Shown here piece by piece: positions 19,900-29,643 of a stretch of DNA of 64,000 nucleotides. A program made the translations under genes and the position numbers. The first letter of the stretch is position 1. Each line of letters opens with the position of its first letter. The stretch is from Promethearchaeota archaeon. GTDB taxonomy: Archaea > Asgardarchaeota > Lokiarchaeia > Sigyniarchaeales > SOKP01. Under the pieces are notes generated by a model that was given only the letters and a program-made list of their open reading frames with translations, did not search any database and was not told the DNA's origin. Location: assembly GCA_048937405.1 (NCBI GenBank), contig JBHLNF010000005.1:96001-160000 (forward strand), given 5' to 3'.

Positions 19900-21453
19900 C
19901 TGTCGCTTCCAAATATCGTTCTGGTTATTTTAGATTCGCTAAGAGCAGATAAAATAAATAGCACTCATAATGGTAAATTATTAACTCCAAATATTAATAA
20001 ATTACTCAATAATTCATTATACTTTAAAAACTGTATTTCAAATAGCACATGGACATTACCTTCTCATTTATCTATGTTTACAGGGTTATATCCTACTCAA
20101 ATTAAATTAACTGGCAAAAATCTTGATAAATTAAGTCAAAAAGTTCCTGTATTAACAGAATTATTGAAAGATCAGGGATATTATACTATTTGTTATACTG
20201 AAAATCCATGGATTAATAGCTATTTTAGAGTAACAAGAGGATTTCATAGGATTTTCTATAATTTTGGTTTATCATTTTTTAATTTAAGCAAAAATAAAAT
20301 TGTAAATTCATTGAAATTGTTATTAGAATTTTTTGAGAAATATGTTGTTATGAAGATTAAATCTAAGCGGTTATTAGATTCATGGGGAATGTATAAACTG
20401 ATAATTGACCAAATGAATAAGAGAATAATACGATCTATAACTTGGAAAAGATTTTTATGTGACTATAAAAACACAATTAATCTTCTAAACAAGCTTAAAC
20501 ACATAATATTAAATTACTCAAATGAGAAACCCTTTTATCTTTTTTTGAATATCATGGCAACTCATTCTCCATATATTCCTATCAAAAAAGCTTTAGATTA
20601 TCTACAAATCACAACTAAAGATCTTAAAGTATTAAAACACATTCTTTTAAATCCAACATTTTTTAATCTCCGTATAAACGTAAGAGGTAAATCTTTAACT
20701 GAAAAACAGACAAAAACACTTCAGAAATTATATGATTCGTGTGTATATTACTGTGATTTAATTATTGAAAAATTGATTTCAATCTTCAAAAAATTAGAGT
20801 TATTAGATAATACTTATATAATAATTACTTCTGATCATGGAGATCATCTCTGTTCAGAATTCGATAATTATTTATATGGTCATGGGGTTTATCAAAGTGT
20901 TTATGATTCACTAATTAAAGTACCACTTATAATTTATAAACCCAACTTGAAGGAGGGAATAATAGACCATCAAGTTGAATTAAAAGATTTATTTCATACG
21001 ATACTCCATTTAACGGGATTTTTTAAGGATAATAATGAGTATTTTGACCTTAAAAAATCAATATTATATCAAATTAATAATAATTTAACCCCTAAATATA
21101 TATTTGGAGAAAATTTAAAATCAAAAAAGGAAACAAGAACGTTAGTTCGCTCATTTAAAAGGTACATCAACCCCTCTTTAATTCAAAAATTAACCAACAA
21201 TATTCATTTTCTTCGCTCAAATTCTTTTAAATACATAAGCTATGAAGAAAAGGTTGAAGAATTTTATGATTTAATAAATGATCCTTTCGAAAAAACAAAT
21301 ATAATCTCGGATAATCATGAAGAATATTTGAAAATGAAATTATTTTTAGAGGAACATCTAAAATATATAAAGAATCCAAAGAATTTGGCTGAAATACTAA
21401 CTAAAAAAGAAAAATTAGTCCTTAGAAGAGTTATGAAAAATATAAAAATTTAG
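19900..21453 (+). CDS. Sulfatase-like hydrolase/transferase (alkaline phosphatase superfamily)
   Basis: The frame extends 58 codons upstream of the track start and adds PNIVLVILDSLRAD...TPNI...WTLPSHLSMFTG. Downstream: THSPY, ITSDHGD, GHG, VPLII, FYDLINDPFE. Putative start CTG 19900. Confidence 0.85.
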   Translation: MSLPNIVLVILDSLRADKINSTHNGKLLTPNINKLLNNSLYFKNCISNSTWTLPSHLSMFTGLYPTQIKLTGKNLDKLSQKVPVLTELLKDQGYYTICYTENPWINSYFRVTRGFHRIFYNFGLSFFNLSKNKIVNSLKLLLEFFEKYVVMKIKSKRLLDSWGMYKLIIDQMNKRIIRSITWKRFLCDYKNTINLLNKLKHIILNYSNEKPFYLFLNIMATHSPYIPIKKALDYLQITTKDLKVLKHILLNPTFFNLRINVRGKSLTEKQTKTLQKLYDSCVYYCDLIIEKLISIFKKLELLDNTYIIITSDHGDHLCSEFDNYLYGHGVYQSVYDSLIKVPLIIYKPNLKEGIIDHQVELKDLFHTILHLTGFFKDNNEYFDLKKSILYQINNNLTPKYIFGENLKSKKETRTLVRSFKRYINPSLIQKLTNNIHFLRSNSFKYISYEEKVEEFYDLINDPFEKTNIISDNHEEYLKMKLFLEEHLKYIKNPKNLAEILTKKEKLVLRRVMKNIKI

Positions 21454-21505
21454 GATCAAACACTTAAAAAATAATGTTCAAATTTAATACGTAAACTTTA
21501 CATCA

Positions 21506-21676
21506 TTAATAATTAGAAAAGACCTTCATTTTTAGATATATATTATCTTTCGACATATTATCAATAAGCAAAACTTCAAAGTCTTTATAGGTTTGTCTCT
21601 CTAATGATTTTAAGCATTCTATAGTATACTTATAATTATTATAATTAATTATTACTACAGAAACTAATTTTTCCAA
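21506..21676 (-). pseudogene. Truncated 5' fragment of a third GT2 paralog
   Basis: Hand translation: (M)EKLVSVVIINYNNYKYTIECLKSLERQTYKDFEVLLIDNMSKDNIYLKMKVFSNY*, closely matching the N-termini of the 17557 and 18638 GT2s. Confidence 0.85.
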
Positions 21677-21901
21677 GTTGAAATCCTTAATATATTAGTT
21701 TTGTTTTTAATTTGACAACATTGAAATTTCTTAAATTTTTCTAATTAGAAAATTTATACTTTTAAGATTAGACTGTATAGCTAATTCTAAATCTCAGATT
21801 TATTTGAATAAAATTAAAATCTAATCATAATTTTAAATCATTAGTAAAAAAATGAAAAAAAGATTGAAATAAGTATCAAATATAAAAGCTAATTTATTAA
21901 T

Positions 21902-22723
21902 ATGATAAAATCTAAAGCTATAAAAGAAAATTTATCACAGATTTTTGCTTTAACTGAAAAAAATATTAAATTAGCATTACGATATAAATTAGGTTTAGTT
22001 TTGTCCTACATTAACCATATAATCGCTATTTTTACACCACTTGTAATAATGTATAATATATTTGATTTTAGAGTTAGTTTAGGCTTTTGGACAATTCAAA
22101 ATTTCATTTTATATCAATTCATTGCGTATAATATAATGCTGATGTCAGGAATAGTTAATACTTTTCCTAATCAATTTCTTGGAGAAAAATATTGGAAAAC
22201 TTTACCTGCTTTGATAATTGGGCCTTTCAACAGGTTCAATCTTTTATTTGGGATATTCTTTTCTCATTTAGCATTAATTTCTTTCCCATTTATTATTTTT
22301 TTTATTTTAGGTATAATTTGGGAACCTATTTCAATAATTACAATAATTTTGATTCTTTGTATATTCTTTTTAATAGCACTAATCTTTAGTGGGATAGGTT
22401 TAATTCTTGGAATATTTGCTATTTCAAATGAAAATATATGGAATATTTTATCATTTTTATTATTATTTGTTTTTTGGTTTAGTTGCATTACATATCCTTT
22501 TGAAGTTTTTCCAGAATTTATCCAGAAAATAATTAATTTGAATCCGTTTTATTATATATTTGATTTTTTACGTATAACTTGGATTCAAAATAATATAATA
22601 ATTACAATTCAGAATTACTTTTTCCACTTTATTGTTTTGATATGTACATCAATAATTCTGCCCTTTATAGGTGTTTTTCTTTTTAATCTAGTTTATAAAA
22701 AATATGGAATAACTGGTTATTAA
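21902..22723 (+). CDS. ABC-2 type transporter permease
   Basis: About six TM segments, EKYWKTL loop, YP...P...NPFYYIFDFLR C-terminal motif; adjacent to an ABC ATPase. Confidence 0.88.
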   Translation: MIKSKAIKENLSQIFALTEKNIKLALRYKLGLVLSYINHIIAIFTPLVIMYNIFDFRVSLGFWTIQNFILYQFIAYNIMLMSGIVNTFPNQFLGEKYWKTLPALIIGPFNRFNLLFGIFFSHLALISFPFIIFFILGIIWEPISIITIILILCIFFLIALIFSGIGLILGIFAISNENIWNILSFLLLFVFWFSCITYPFEVFPEFIQKIINLNPFYYIFDFLRITWIQNNIIITIQNYFFHFIVLICTSIILPFIGVFLFNLVYKKYGITGY

Positions 22724-22728
22724 TTAAA

Positions 22729-23646
22729 ATGAATAAAATAATCGAAGCTGTGGATTTATCAAAAAAATATAAATTAAAACGTCCTTGGAAAGTTCTTTTA
22801 GCCCTAGATAAAATAAACCTTTCTATTAACAATGGGGAAATTTTTGGTTTATTAGGTCCAAATGGAGCTGGTAAAACTACATTAATAGAAATACTAACCA
22901 CAATAAAACAACCTTCAAGTGGTTATGCAACAATTAAAGGTTATGATGTATTAACACAACCCAAAAAAATAAAACCTTTGATTGGATTAATGCTTGCTGG
23001 TGAAATGCTTTATCACAGAATAACGGGATATGATAATTTAAAATTTTTCTGCAAGATATATAAAATTCCATCATACAAAGAAAAAATCCAAGAAATATCA
23101 GAAGAATTTGGTCTTACTAAATGGCTTGATCAATATGTTGAATATTTCTCAAGTGGAATGAAAATGAAATTAGCATTATGTAGAACTTTATTATTGGAAC
23201 GTGAAATTTTATTTTTAGACGAACCAACCTTAGGTTTAGATGTAAAATCAAAGAGTTTTATTATAGAAAAAATAAAAAATTTAGACAAAACAATATTTTT
23301 AACGAGTCATGATATGAGTGTAGTAGAAAAGTTATGCGATCGTGTTGCTTTTATTAATTCAGGTAGAATTTTGAAAATTGGAAACAAAAATGAAGTAAAA
23401 ATGCTTAAAGAATCAGAAGTTAAAGTATATATAGATATAAAAGATAATAAATCTGAACTAAAAAGAATTTTAATAAATCAGAATTTTATAAAAGAGGTAT
23501 TTGAAAAGAATCAAGGCTTAGTTATCACTTTAAATGAAAGAGAGGATTATACAAATTTATTAAAATCTTTATCTAAATTTAAAATACTGAGAATAAGTGA
23601 ACCAGATCTGTCTCTTGAAGAATTATTCCTAAGATTAATTGATTAA
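22729..23646 (+). CDS. ABC transporter ATP-binding protein (DrrA/ABC-2 type)
   Basis: Walker A GPNGAGKTT, signature FSSGM, Walker B LFLDEPT, H-loop TSH, C-terminal SLEELF. Confidence 0.95.
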   Translation: MNKIIEAVDLSKKYKLKRPWKVLLALDKINLSINNGEIFGLLGPNGAGKTTLIEILTTIKQPSSGYATIKGYDVLTQPKKIKPLIGLMLAGEMLYHRITGYDNLKFFCKIYKIPSYKEKIQEISEEFGLTKWLDQYVEYFSSGMKMKLALCRTLLLEREILFLDEPTLGLDVKSKSFIIEKIKNLDKTIFLTSHDMSVVEKLCDRVAFINSGRILKIGNKNEVKMLKESEVKVYIDIKDNKSELKRILINQNFIKEVFEKNQGLVITLNEREDYTNLLKSLSKFKILRISEPDLSLEELFLRLID

Positions 23647-23741
23647 TAAAAAAAAATTATAAAAATAAATTAGTAAAGCTATTTATTGGAACAAGTCTTG
23701 GTACAATGTATATTTGAAAATCAAGACCTACCTTTTTTATA

Positions 23742-24827
23742 TCATTTTTTGTCTTGTTCTATATTTAATCCATAATAAGTAAGTACTTTTCTAATTCCAT
23801 TCTCAAGACTTTGAACACATAAAAAAATGATAGGATAAAAAGCCATAAATATCAATCCATGTGTGGCAAATGCTAAAAATATTTGTGAATAAACTAAAAT
23901 AATAAAGATTCCATAAATTTTTACCCATCTAATAATATTTTTTCTTTTGTTAAATATAATAAAAAATAACATCATTTCCCAAATACCTATTGTATACCTA
24001 AATAAGCCATTTTCTTTGAATAAATCCTCCAATCTAAATTCAATAAATCCTTTTATCATACCAAGTGAGAAATATTCATTTCCACCATAAAGCGTGTACC
24101 AATTAGGATGATTTGAAATAAGATCTGGTCTCGTTAATGTTCTTAATAAAATAAAGATTACAAGTCCAGGAAGAATATAAATAATTAGTTTAAAAAGTTT
24201 ATCGAATACTTCTTTATAATTATTAAAATTTTGCTTTTGATTAAAAAAATTGTAAAGAATAAAGACCGGAATTGAGAATATGGCACTTTCTTTTGTTAAT
24301 ATTCCAAGACATAAAAAAAGACCATAAAGTTTTTTATTATCTTTTAATATGCAATAAAAGGAACATATTAAAAATAAATATCCTGGAAGATCTACCATAT
24401 AAATGAAAGCAAAAGCGTTGACTAAAAATTCAAATTTTGGTAATGTAATGCTCCAGAACAAAAAAAAGCCTATAAGAGAAAATGCCTTATTAAAATGAAT
24501 TCTAAGTGTAAAATAGAGCATTATTCCTGTTAAATAAAAAGATATAAATCCAATTAATGCAAACTCTAAAACAAAATCAAATGGTAATATTTCTACAATA
24601 AAGGGAATTAATACCCTATAACAATATGGTTGAACTATCTCTTTTTTAAAAATGATTGTGATATCTTTAGACATTTCAACATAACAATAAAAATCATCAT
24701 AATTAACACCAGTGTATTCAGTAATACCAGTTCTAATTCGGATTAAAATTAAATAAATTAAGAAGTAAGAAAAAACAACTATTTCAATAAAATATTTTCT
24801 AAGAAAATTAGATTTTATAATCTTCAT
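23742..24827 (-). CDS. Polytopic membrane protein, probable GT-C-like glycosyltransferase
   Basis: TM1 followed by YDDFYCY and PYCYRVLIP, an internal Asp (MVDL), and a GILTKES motif typical of GT-C-like families. Confidence 0.55.
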   Translation of the reverse strand: MKIIKSNFLRKYFIEIVVFSYFLIYLILIRIRTGITEYTGVNYDDFYCYVEMSKDITIIFKKEIVQPYCYRVLIPFIVEILPFDFVLEFALIGFISFYLTGIMLYFTLRIHFNKAFSLIGFFLFWSITLPKFEFLVNAFAFIYMVDLPGYLFLICSFYCILKDNKKLYGLFLCLGILTKESAIFSIPVFILYNFFNQKQNFNNYKEVFDKLFKLIIYILPGLVIFILLRTLTRPDLISNHPNWYTLYGGNEYFSLGMIKGFIEFRLEDLFKENGLFRYTIGIWEMMLFFIIFNKRKNIIRWVKIYGIFIILVYSQIFLAFATHGLIFMAFYPIIFLCVQSLENGIRKVLTYYGLNIEQDKK

Positions 24828-24979
24828 TAATATTAATTATAAAAAAAAAGAAATAATTAGAATTTTTCTAAGATTATCAACTAAACTTGAAATTTGTTAT
24901 AGAAAGATATATTATTAATTTATATAGAATTTAAAAGTTTAAGTTATAAACTTAAATAAAAAAAACAGAGTGAATTTTT

Positions 24980-25735
24980 ATTAAAGGCGTTATTTTAGCT
25001 GGGGGTTTTGGAACACGTTTATCACCACTTACAAAGGTTACCAATAAGCATCTATTACCTATCTATAACGAACCCATGATATATAAGGTTATTAAAACGC
25101 TTACAACTTCTGGTATAAAAGACATTACTATAGTGCTTGGTGGCGAAAGTGTTGGGGATTTTATTAGATTGCTAGGAGATGGTTCAGATTTTAATGCAAA
25201 TTTTAGTTATGTTTATCAGCAAGGAGCAGGAGGAATTGCTGAAGCTTTATATTTAACTAAAAAAATAGTGAAAAGTCATAAAATTGCTGTTATCTTAGGA
25301 GATAATATTTTTGAAAATTGTTTTACTGATGAGGTTATCCAATTCGAAAATACAAGTGAATATGGTTGTTTTTTATTTTTAAAAGAGGTTCCTGATCCTA
25401 GTAGATTTGGCGTTGCTGAATTGAATGAAAAAGCAGAAATTATTAATATAATAGAAAAACCAGAGAAACCAAAAACCCATTTATGTGTCACTGGACTTTA
25501 TTTTTACGACGAATATATATTTGAAATTATAGAAAAAGTAATCAATGAAATTGGATATTCAGAGAGAGGAGAGTTAGAGATTACAGATGTTAATAATTAT
25601 TATATAAAAACTGGAAAGACGAAAACCAAAATAGTGAAAGGGTTTTGGTCTGATGCGGGAACATTTGAAACTTTATTAAAATGCTGTAATTTTGAAAGTG
25701 AATTTACTAAAAGGGAAAAGGATCTATACCCTTAA
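24980..25735 (+). CDS. rmlA: Glucose-1-phosphate thymidylyltransferase (short RmlA/SpsI type)
   Basis: The frame extends 32 codons upstream of the track start and gives IKGVILAGGFGTRLSPLTKVTNKHLLPIYNEPM. Also ILGDNIF, EKP, SERGELEITDVN, WSDAGT. Confidence 0.9.
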   Translation: MKGVILAGGFGTRLSPLTKVTNKHLLPIYNEPMIYKVIKTLTTSGIKDITIVLGGESVGDFIRLLGDGSDFNANFSYVYQQGAGGIAEALYLTKKIVKSHKIAVILGDNIFENCFTDEVIQFENTSEYGCFLFLKEVPDPSRFGVAELNEKAEIINIIEKPEKPKTHLCVTGLYFYDEYIFEIIEKVINEIGYSERGELEITDVNNYYIKTGKTKTKIVKGFWSDAGTFETLLKCCNFESEFTKREKDLYP

Positions 25736-25935
25736 AGATATATACCTTTAAACACATCGGGAGAACAATTTATTATATCCGTCGTAATCAGTTCAATTTG
25801 GTCCTTAAAAGGTTCTATATACTCATCTCCAAACCAAAGAGTGTCTAAGCATGTTAATTTTTGTCCTTTATCAAGAAGCGGTGGGATTATTTGAACATCA
25901 ACAGAACCTGCGCCTCCAAGAACCATTAAATTCAT
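25732..25935 (-). pseudogene. Truncated N-terminal fragment of an SDR epimerase paralogous to 25984-26967
   Basis: VLGGAGSVDVQIIPPLLDKG...LDTLWFGDEYIEPFKDQIELI aligns with VTGGCGFVGCSIVPLLLENG...LDLLLFGEEPIESFKDDVEII; ends after 67 aa with a damaged Gly motif. Confidence 0.8.
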
Positions 25936-25983
25936 AGTTATTCAAATTGTTCTTTAGTTTTTCAAAGTAGAACCGAAGAAAAA

Positions 25984-26967
25984 TTAGATTTGATCTGTTT
26001 CAATCAAATATTTATACCAATTAAGATTAATCGTTTTATCAGTTTTTTCGATTTGCCCACTCTCAAGCGACTTAGTAATTTCTTTTGCTGCATCGGTTAC
26101 CGTATAATTTGGTTTGAAATTTAGTGTATCCCTCAATTTATCAAAATTAACTTTATAAGATCTTTTATCTGGCTGTCCATACCATTTTGGATTGTAATCA
26201 CCTAACACGGTAATCGCCAACTCCTCCGCAAGAGCTTGAATTTGATAATTCTGGTCATTAGAACCTATATTGAAAATCTCGTTATCAACAAGTTCCTTAT
26301 CAGCTTCCATTATCTTTCTAATTGCTTGACCCACATCTCTAACATGAATATTTGGTCTCCACTGTGTTCCAGGTTTCATAACATTGACTTCTTTTGTGTT
26401 ATATAATGCATACGTCATACCGTTTACAACTAAATCAAAACGCATTTTTGGAGAAAACCCGTACATAGTAGCTGGTCTCATTATCGTAACACAAAAATCT
26501 TTATCGCTTAGTTTCAAAAGTTCTTTCTCAGCTTTTAATTTAGAATCACCGTAAGCCTCTAATGGCTTCGGCTCTGTAGTTTCATATATTACCTCTTTCT
26601 GATAACCATATACGCTACAAGTAGATGCAAATATGAATCTTTCAACACCAGCTTCCTTAGAATACTCCGCTACTCTGGTACAACCATTAAGGTTTATTTC
26701 ATAAAAGAGGTTTTGTGGTATTCGTTTGAGTTCATCTGGTTGCGAAAGTGCAGCTAAATGGATAACAATGTCAATATCATCTAAAATTGATGGATTGAAA
26801 TTTCTTATATCTTCTTTTATAATTTCCACATCATCCTTAAAGGATTCTATAGGTTCTTCTCCAAATAATAGCAAGTCTAAAATTTTAACTTGATATCCAT
26901 TTTCTAAAAGTAGAGGTACTATTGAGCATCCTACAAATCCACATCCACCAGTAACTAAAATTTTCAT
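25984..26967 (-). CDS. NAD-dependent nucleotide-sugar epimerase/dehydratase (extended SDR)
   Basis: TGGCGFVG, FASTCSVYG, YGDSK, YGFSPKMRFDLVVN, QWRPNIHVRD. Confidence 0.88.
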   Translation of the reverse strand: MKILVTGGCGFVGCSIVPLLLENGYQVKILDLLLFGEEPIESFKDDVEIIKEDIRNFNPSILDDIDIVIHLAALSQPDELKRIPQNLFYEINLNGCTRVAEYSKEAGVERFIFASTCSVYGYQKEVIYETTEPKPLEAYGDSKLKAEKELLKLSDKDFCVTIMRPATMYGFSPKMRFDLVVNGMTYALYNTKEVNVMKPGTQWRPNIHVRDVGQAIRKIMEADKELVDNEIFNIGSNDQNYQIQALAEELAITVLGDYNPKWYGQPDKRSYKVNFDKLRDTLNFKPNYTVTDAAKEITKSLESGQIEKTDKTINLNWYKYLIETDQI

Positions 26968-27012
26968 ATCTAATTCTCCTTTTTTAGGTTTTTTATGTTA
27001 TAAAATTGAGAT

Positions 27013-27531
27013 TTACTTATTAGGTGAATAATACCAATCCCAAGGTTTTCCGACTCTCGGATCGTTGGTCTTTCCATTAATAGACTTAGGAACTATAGTT
27101 ATGTCATTCCAATCTCTTCTTTCCTCATCAGGATCACTATAATTATAGAGATTATTCACACCGTATAACATTTTTATAGGTTTTGTACCGATGGTTTTAT
27201 ATCCATGCCAAAGAATTCCTGGAACTCTTGCCACCTTAATATGTTCCTCACTTAAGACAATTTCATCTAATTCACCATATGTTGGTGAATCTTCTCTATC
27301 ATCATAAGCACATACCTTAATTGCGCCAGTAATGCAAATAAAATAATCTATTTGACCTTTTAAATGTCTATGCCATGCTCGTACAATATCAAGATAACTA
27401 AAGGATAAATTAAATTGAACGATCTTATCCTCAAATAACAAATCCTTCCAATCTTCTCTTAAAAGCTCAGAAAAAAAACCTCGTTCATCAACAAATTTTT
27501 TGATATCCTTAACAATAATACCATCAATCAT
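27013..27531 (-). CDS. rmlC: dTDP-4-dehydrorhamnose 3,5-epimerase family cupin
   Basis: DERGFFSE, VRAWHRH, YDDREDSPTYG, VPGILWHGY. Start placed at ATG 27531. Confidence 0.85.
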   Translation of the reverse strand: MIDGIIVKDIKKFVDERGFFSELLREDWKDLLFEDKIVQFNLSFSYLDIVRAWHRHLKGQIDYFICITGAIKVCAYDDREDSPTYGELDEIVLSEEHIKVARVPGILWHGYKTIGTKPIKMLYGVNNLYNYSDPDEERRDWNDITIVPKSINGKTNDPRVGKPWDWYYSPNK

Positions 27532-27724
27532 TGAGTTATATTTTTCTTTTGATGTTTTTTGCTTGTAAATTACAGTTAATAATTTAATTATATTACTGAT
27601 AAATGATAAAATTGACATTTGAAATTAAAATTAACTATTATTTTCCTAATTATTGTATAATCAATTTTTATTTAGACCAAATAATTATTTATAAGTATAC
27701 TTTTCAATCTTTTTGGTTAAGTCG

Positions 27725-28054
27725 ATGAATATTTTACTTAGTTATCCAAATATTACACATCAAGAAGCAGTATTTCCTGGAATCGGTTATCTCAGTGGTT
27801 GGCTAACAAATTAGATAATAGAGGATTGGATTTATGATTCTATAATGAATTATGAACATATAAGTGCAAAAGAAATAAAGAAAATTCGAGATAGGTTTGC
27901 ATTTAATGTATATGTGAAAATTAATTTATTAAAAGCTATTAGAACGTTGTTGCAGGGTGTTTTTTATAATAATTATATGGAAAATAGATCAAAGATACCA
28001 ATATTTCTGAGAAAATTAATACAAAGAGTTGCAAATACATTTATTTATAGTTAA
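27725..28054 (+). pseudogene. Probable internally deleted relic of a B12-binding radical SAM gene
   Basis: ATG 27725 gives MNILLSYPN...FPGIGYLSGWLTN* (like a B12-binding-domain N-terminus), then an in-frame TAG and IIEDWIYDSIMNYEHISAKEIKK..., resembling a C-terminal tail. No CxxxCxxC core. Confidence 0.5.
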
Positions 28055-28132
28055 CTTAAAAATTAGCTAATTCTAAAAATAATTATGAGAGTTTTATATT
28101 ACAAATTTAATTTTTAATGATGTGAAATAACA

Positions 28133-29053
28133 TTGAATAAAATTTTAATTGTTGGTGCGAGTGGACTAACTGGTTTTAAATTAGCTTACTTAGCTAAAAC
28201 TGAAAATCTTGTATCTTGTACCTATAATAATAGACCTATAGAAATCGAAAATTGTAAAATGTATAAACTTGATAAAACTAATACAGAAAAAACACTTACC
28301 GTCTTAAAGAAGGTCAATCCTGATGTAGTAATAGATTGTTCAGCATTACATAATGTAGATTATTGTGAGAAAAATGAAGCAGAGTCTAAAAAAGTTAATG
28401 TAGATGGAACAAAATTCATAGCCGAAGTTTGTAAAAAAATTAATGCGAAATTAATTTTTTTATCTACTGATTATGTGTATGATGGGATTAAGCAGTCCTA
28501 TACAGAAGAAAGTAATCCAAATCCTTTAAATATATATGGAAAGCATAAATTAGAAGCTGAAAAGGAGATAATTAAAACAGGAATTGATTATGCAATAGCT
28601 AGAACAAGTTTAGTTTTTGGATGGAATCCAAACGAATTAAAAGGATTAGTATCGAGTTCTGGAAAAACAATGAATTTTGTAATTTGGGTTTTAAATAAAC
28701 TTAGAAATGGTGAAAGTTTGAAAATTGTTTCAGATCAATATAGTACTCCAACTTTGGCGGATAATTTAGCAGAATTTTTATTAAGTCTAGCTGATTCTAA
28801 TACTACTGGCGTGTTTCACACTGTAGGTAAAGAATGCATAAGTCGATATAACTTTACAGTTAAAATCGCAGAGATATTTAATATAAATCAAGAGTTAATT
28901 ACTTCTGTTACAAGTGAAATGTTTAAACAAATAGCTAAAAGACCAATGAATTGTTGTTTAGATTCAAGTAAATCAGAACGGATACTTAAAATCAAACCAT
29001 TAACTATTGAAGAATCACTTTTAAGAATGAAAAATCAAGAAGAGGGTTTTTAG
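28133..29053 (+). CDS. rmlD: dTDP-4-dehydrorhamnose reductase
   Basis: VGASGLTG, HNVDYCE, LSTDYVYDG, PNPLNIYGKHKL, DQYSTPT, AKRP. Confidence 0.92.
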   Translation: MNKILIVGASGLTGFKLAYLAKTENLVSCTYNNRPIEIENCKMYKLDKTNTEKTLTVLKKVNPDVVIDCSALHNVDYCEKNEAESKKVNVDGTKFIAEVCKKINAKLIFLSTDYVYDGIKQSYTEESNPNPLNIYGKHKLEAEKEIIKTGIDYAIARTSLVFGWNPNELKGLVSSSGKTMNFVIWVLNKLRNGESLKIVSDQYSTPTLADNLAEFLLSLADSNTTGVFHTVGKECISRYNFTVKIAEIFNINQELITSVTSEMFKQIAKRPMNCCLDSSKSERILKIKPLTIEESLLRMKNQEEGF

Positions 29054-29159
29054 TATCTTTTTGGATTAATTTAAGAGAGTAAAATCAAATCTTATTTATT
29101 ATTAATAAAAATCCTTAATAATTTTTTTACCTTTTTTATTAAGCTTCTTTATTCCAAAG

Positions 29160-29643
29160 AAATTTATTATTTCCAATTATTTATTCAAACTTTGGCACTT
29201 TACTAAGTCCATAAATAATAAAAAAACTTATAGAAAATGTTAAAAAGATGAAATAAGAGCTATAACCCAGAAAAGATAACAAAACTCCCATGGATCAAAA
29301 AGGATATTAAGTAATTCTTCAGATGAAAATTCTATTGGTTTTCTTTCTATTATAGAAGGTATAATAATATATACAAAACAAAAGAATAGGTATGGAAACA
29401 AAATTTTCTTGAATCTTTTTTTATAAAACGTCAGTATTGAAAATTCCTCCCAGTATTTCAAAGATAAAGTAAAACCTGAAATGAATATAAAAATTGGTAC
29501 AGCCAATTGAACAATTTGATCTAAAAATTCAATAAAAGGGTTAGTTGTAGTGGCAAATTGAAAATAATATGTAAAAATATGTATTAAAATAACCTCAAAA
29601 TCGCAATTGCACGTAAGGAATTTATTTCATAAAAGTTCTCCAT
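29160..29643 (-). pseudogene. Acyltransferase-3 (OafA-like membrane O-acyltransferase) pseudogene, frameshifted and internally deleted
   Basis: ATG 29643 gives MENFYEINSLRAIAIL, then a frameshift to VILIH...AVPIFIFISGF..FYKKRFKKILFPY, then a stop. Another frame carries a C-terminal-like SFFIIYGLSKVPKFE*IIG. The left boundary is approximate. Confidence 0.8.

Noticed and set aside
21902-23646. ABC pair as a Wzm/Wzt polysaccharide exporter
   Set aside because: The ATPase looks like a generic DrrA-type (LFLDEPTLGLD, SLEELF tail) rather than Wzt, so substrate cannot be assigned from sequence.
27812-27814. In-frame TAG joining 27725-27811 to the 27845 ORF, as possible pyrrolysine readthrough
   Set aside because: The readthrough product would be only about 109 aa with no catalytic core, and no pyl genes are in the window. 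A deletion relic is simpler.
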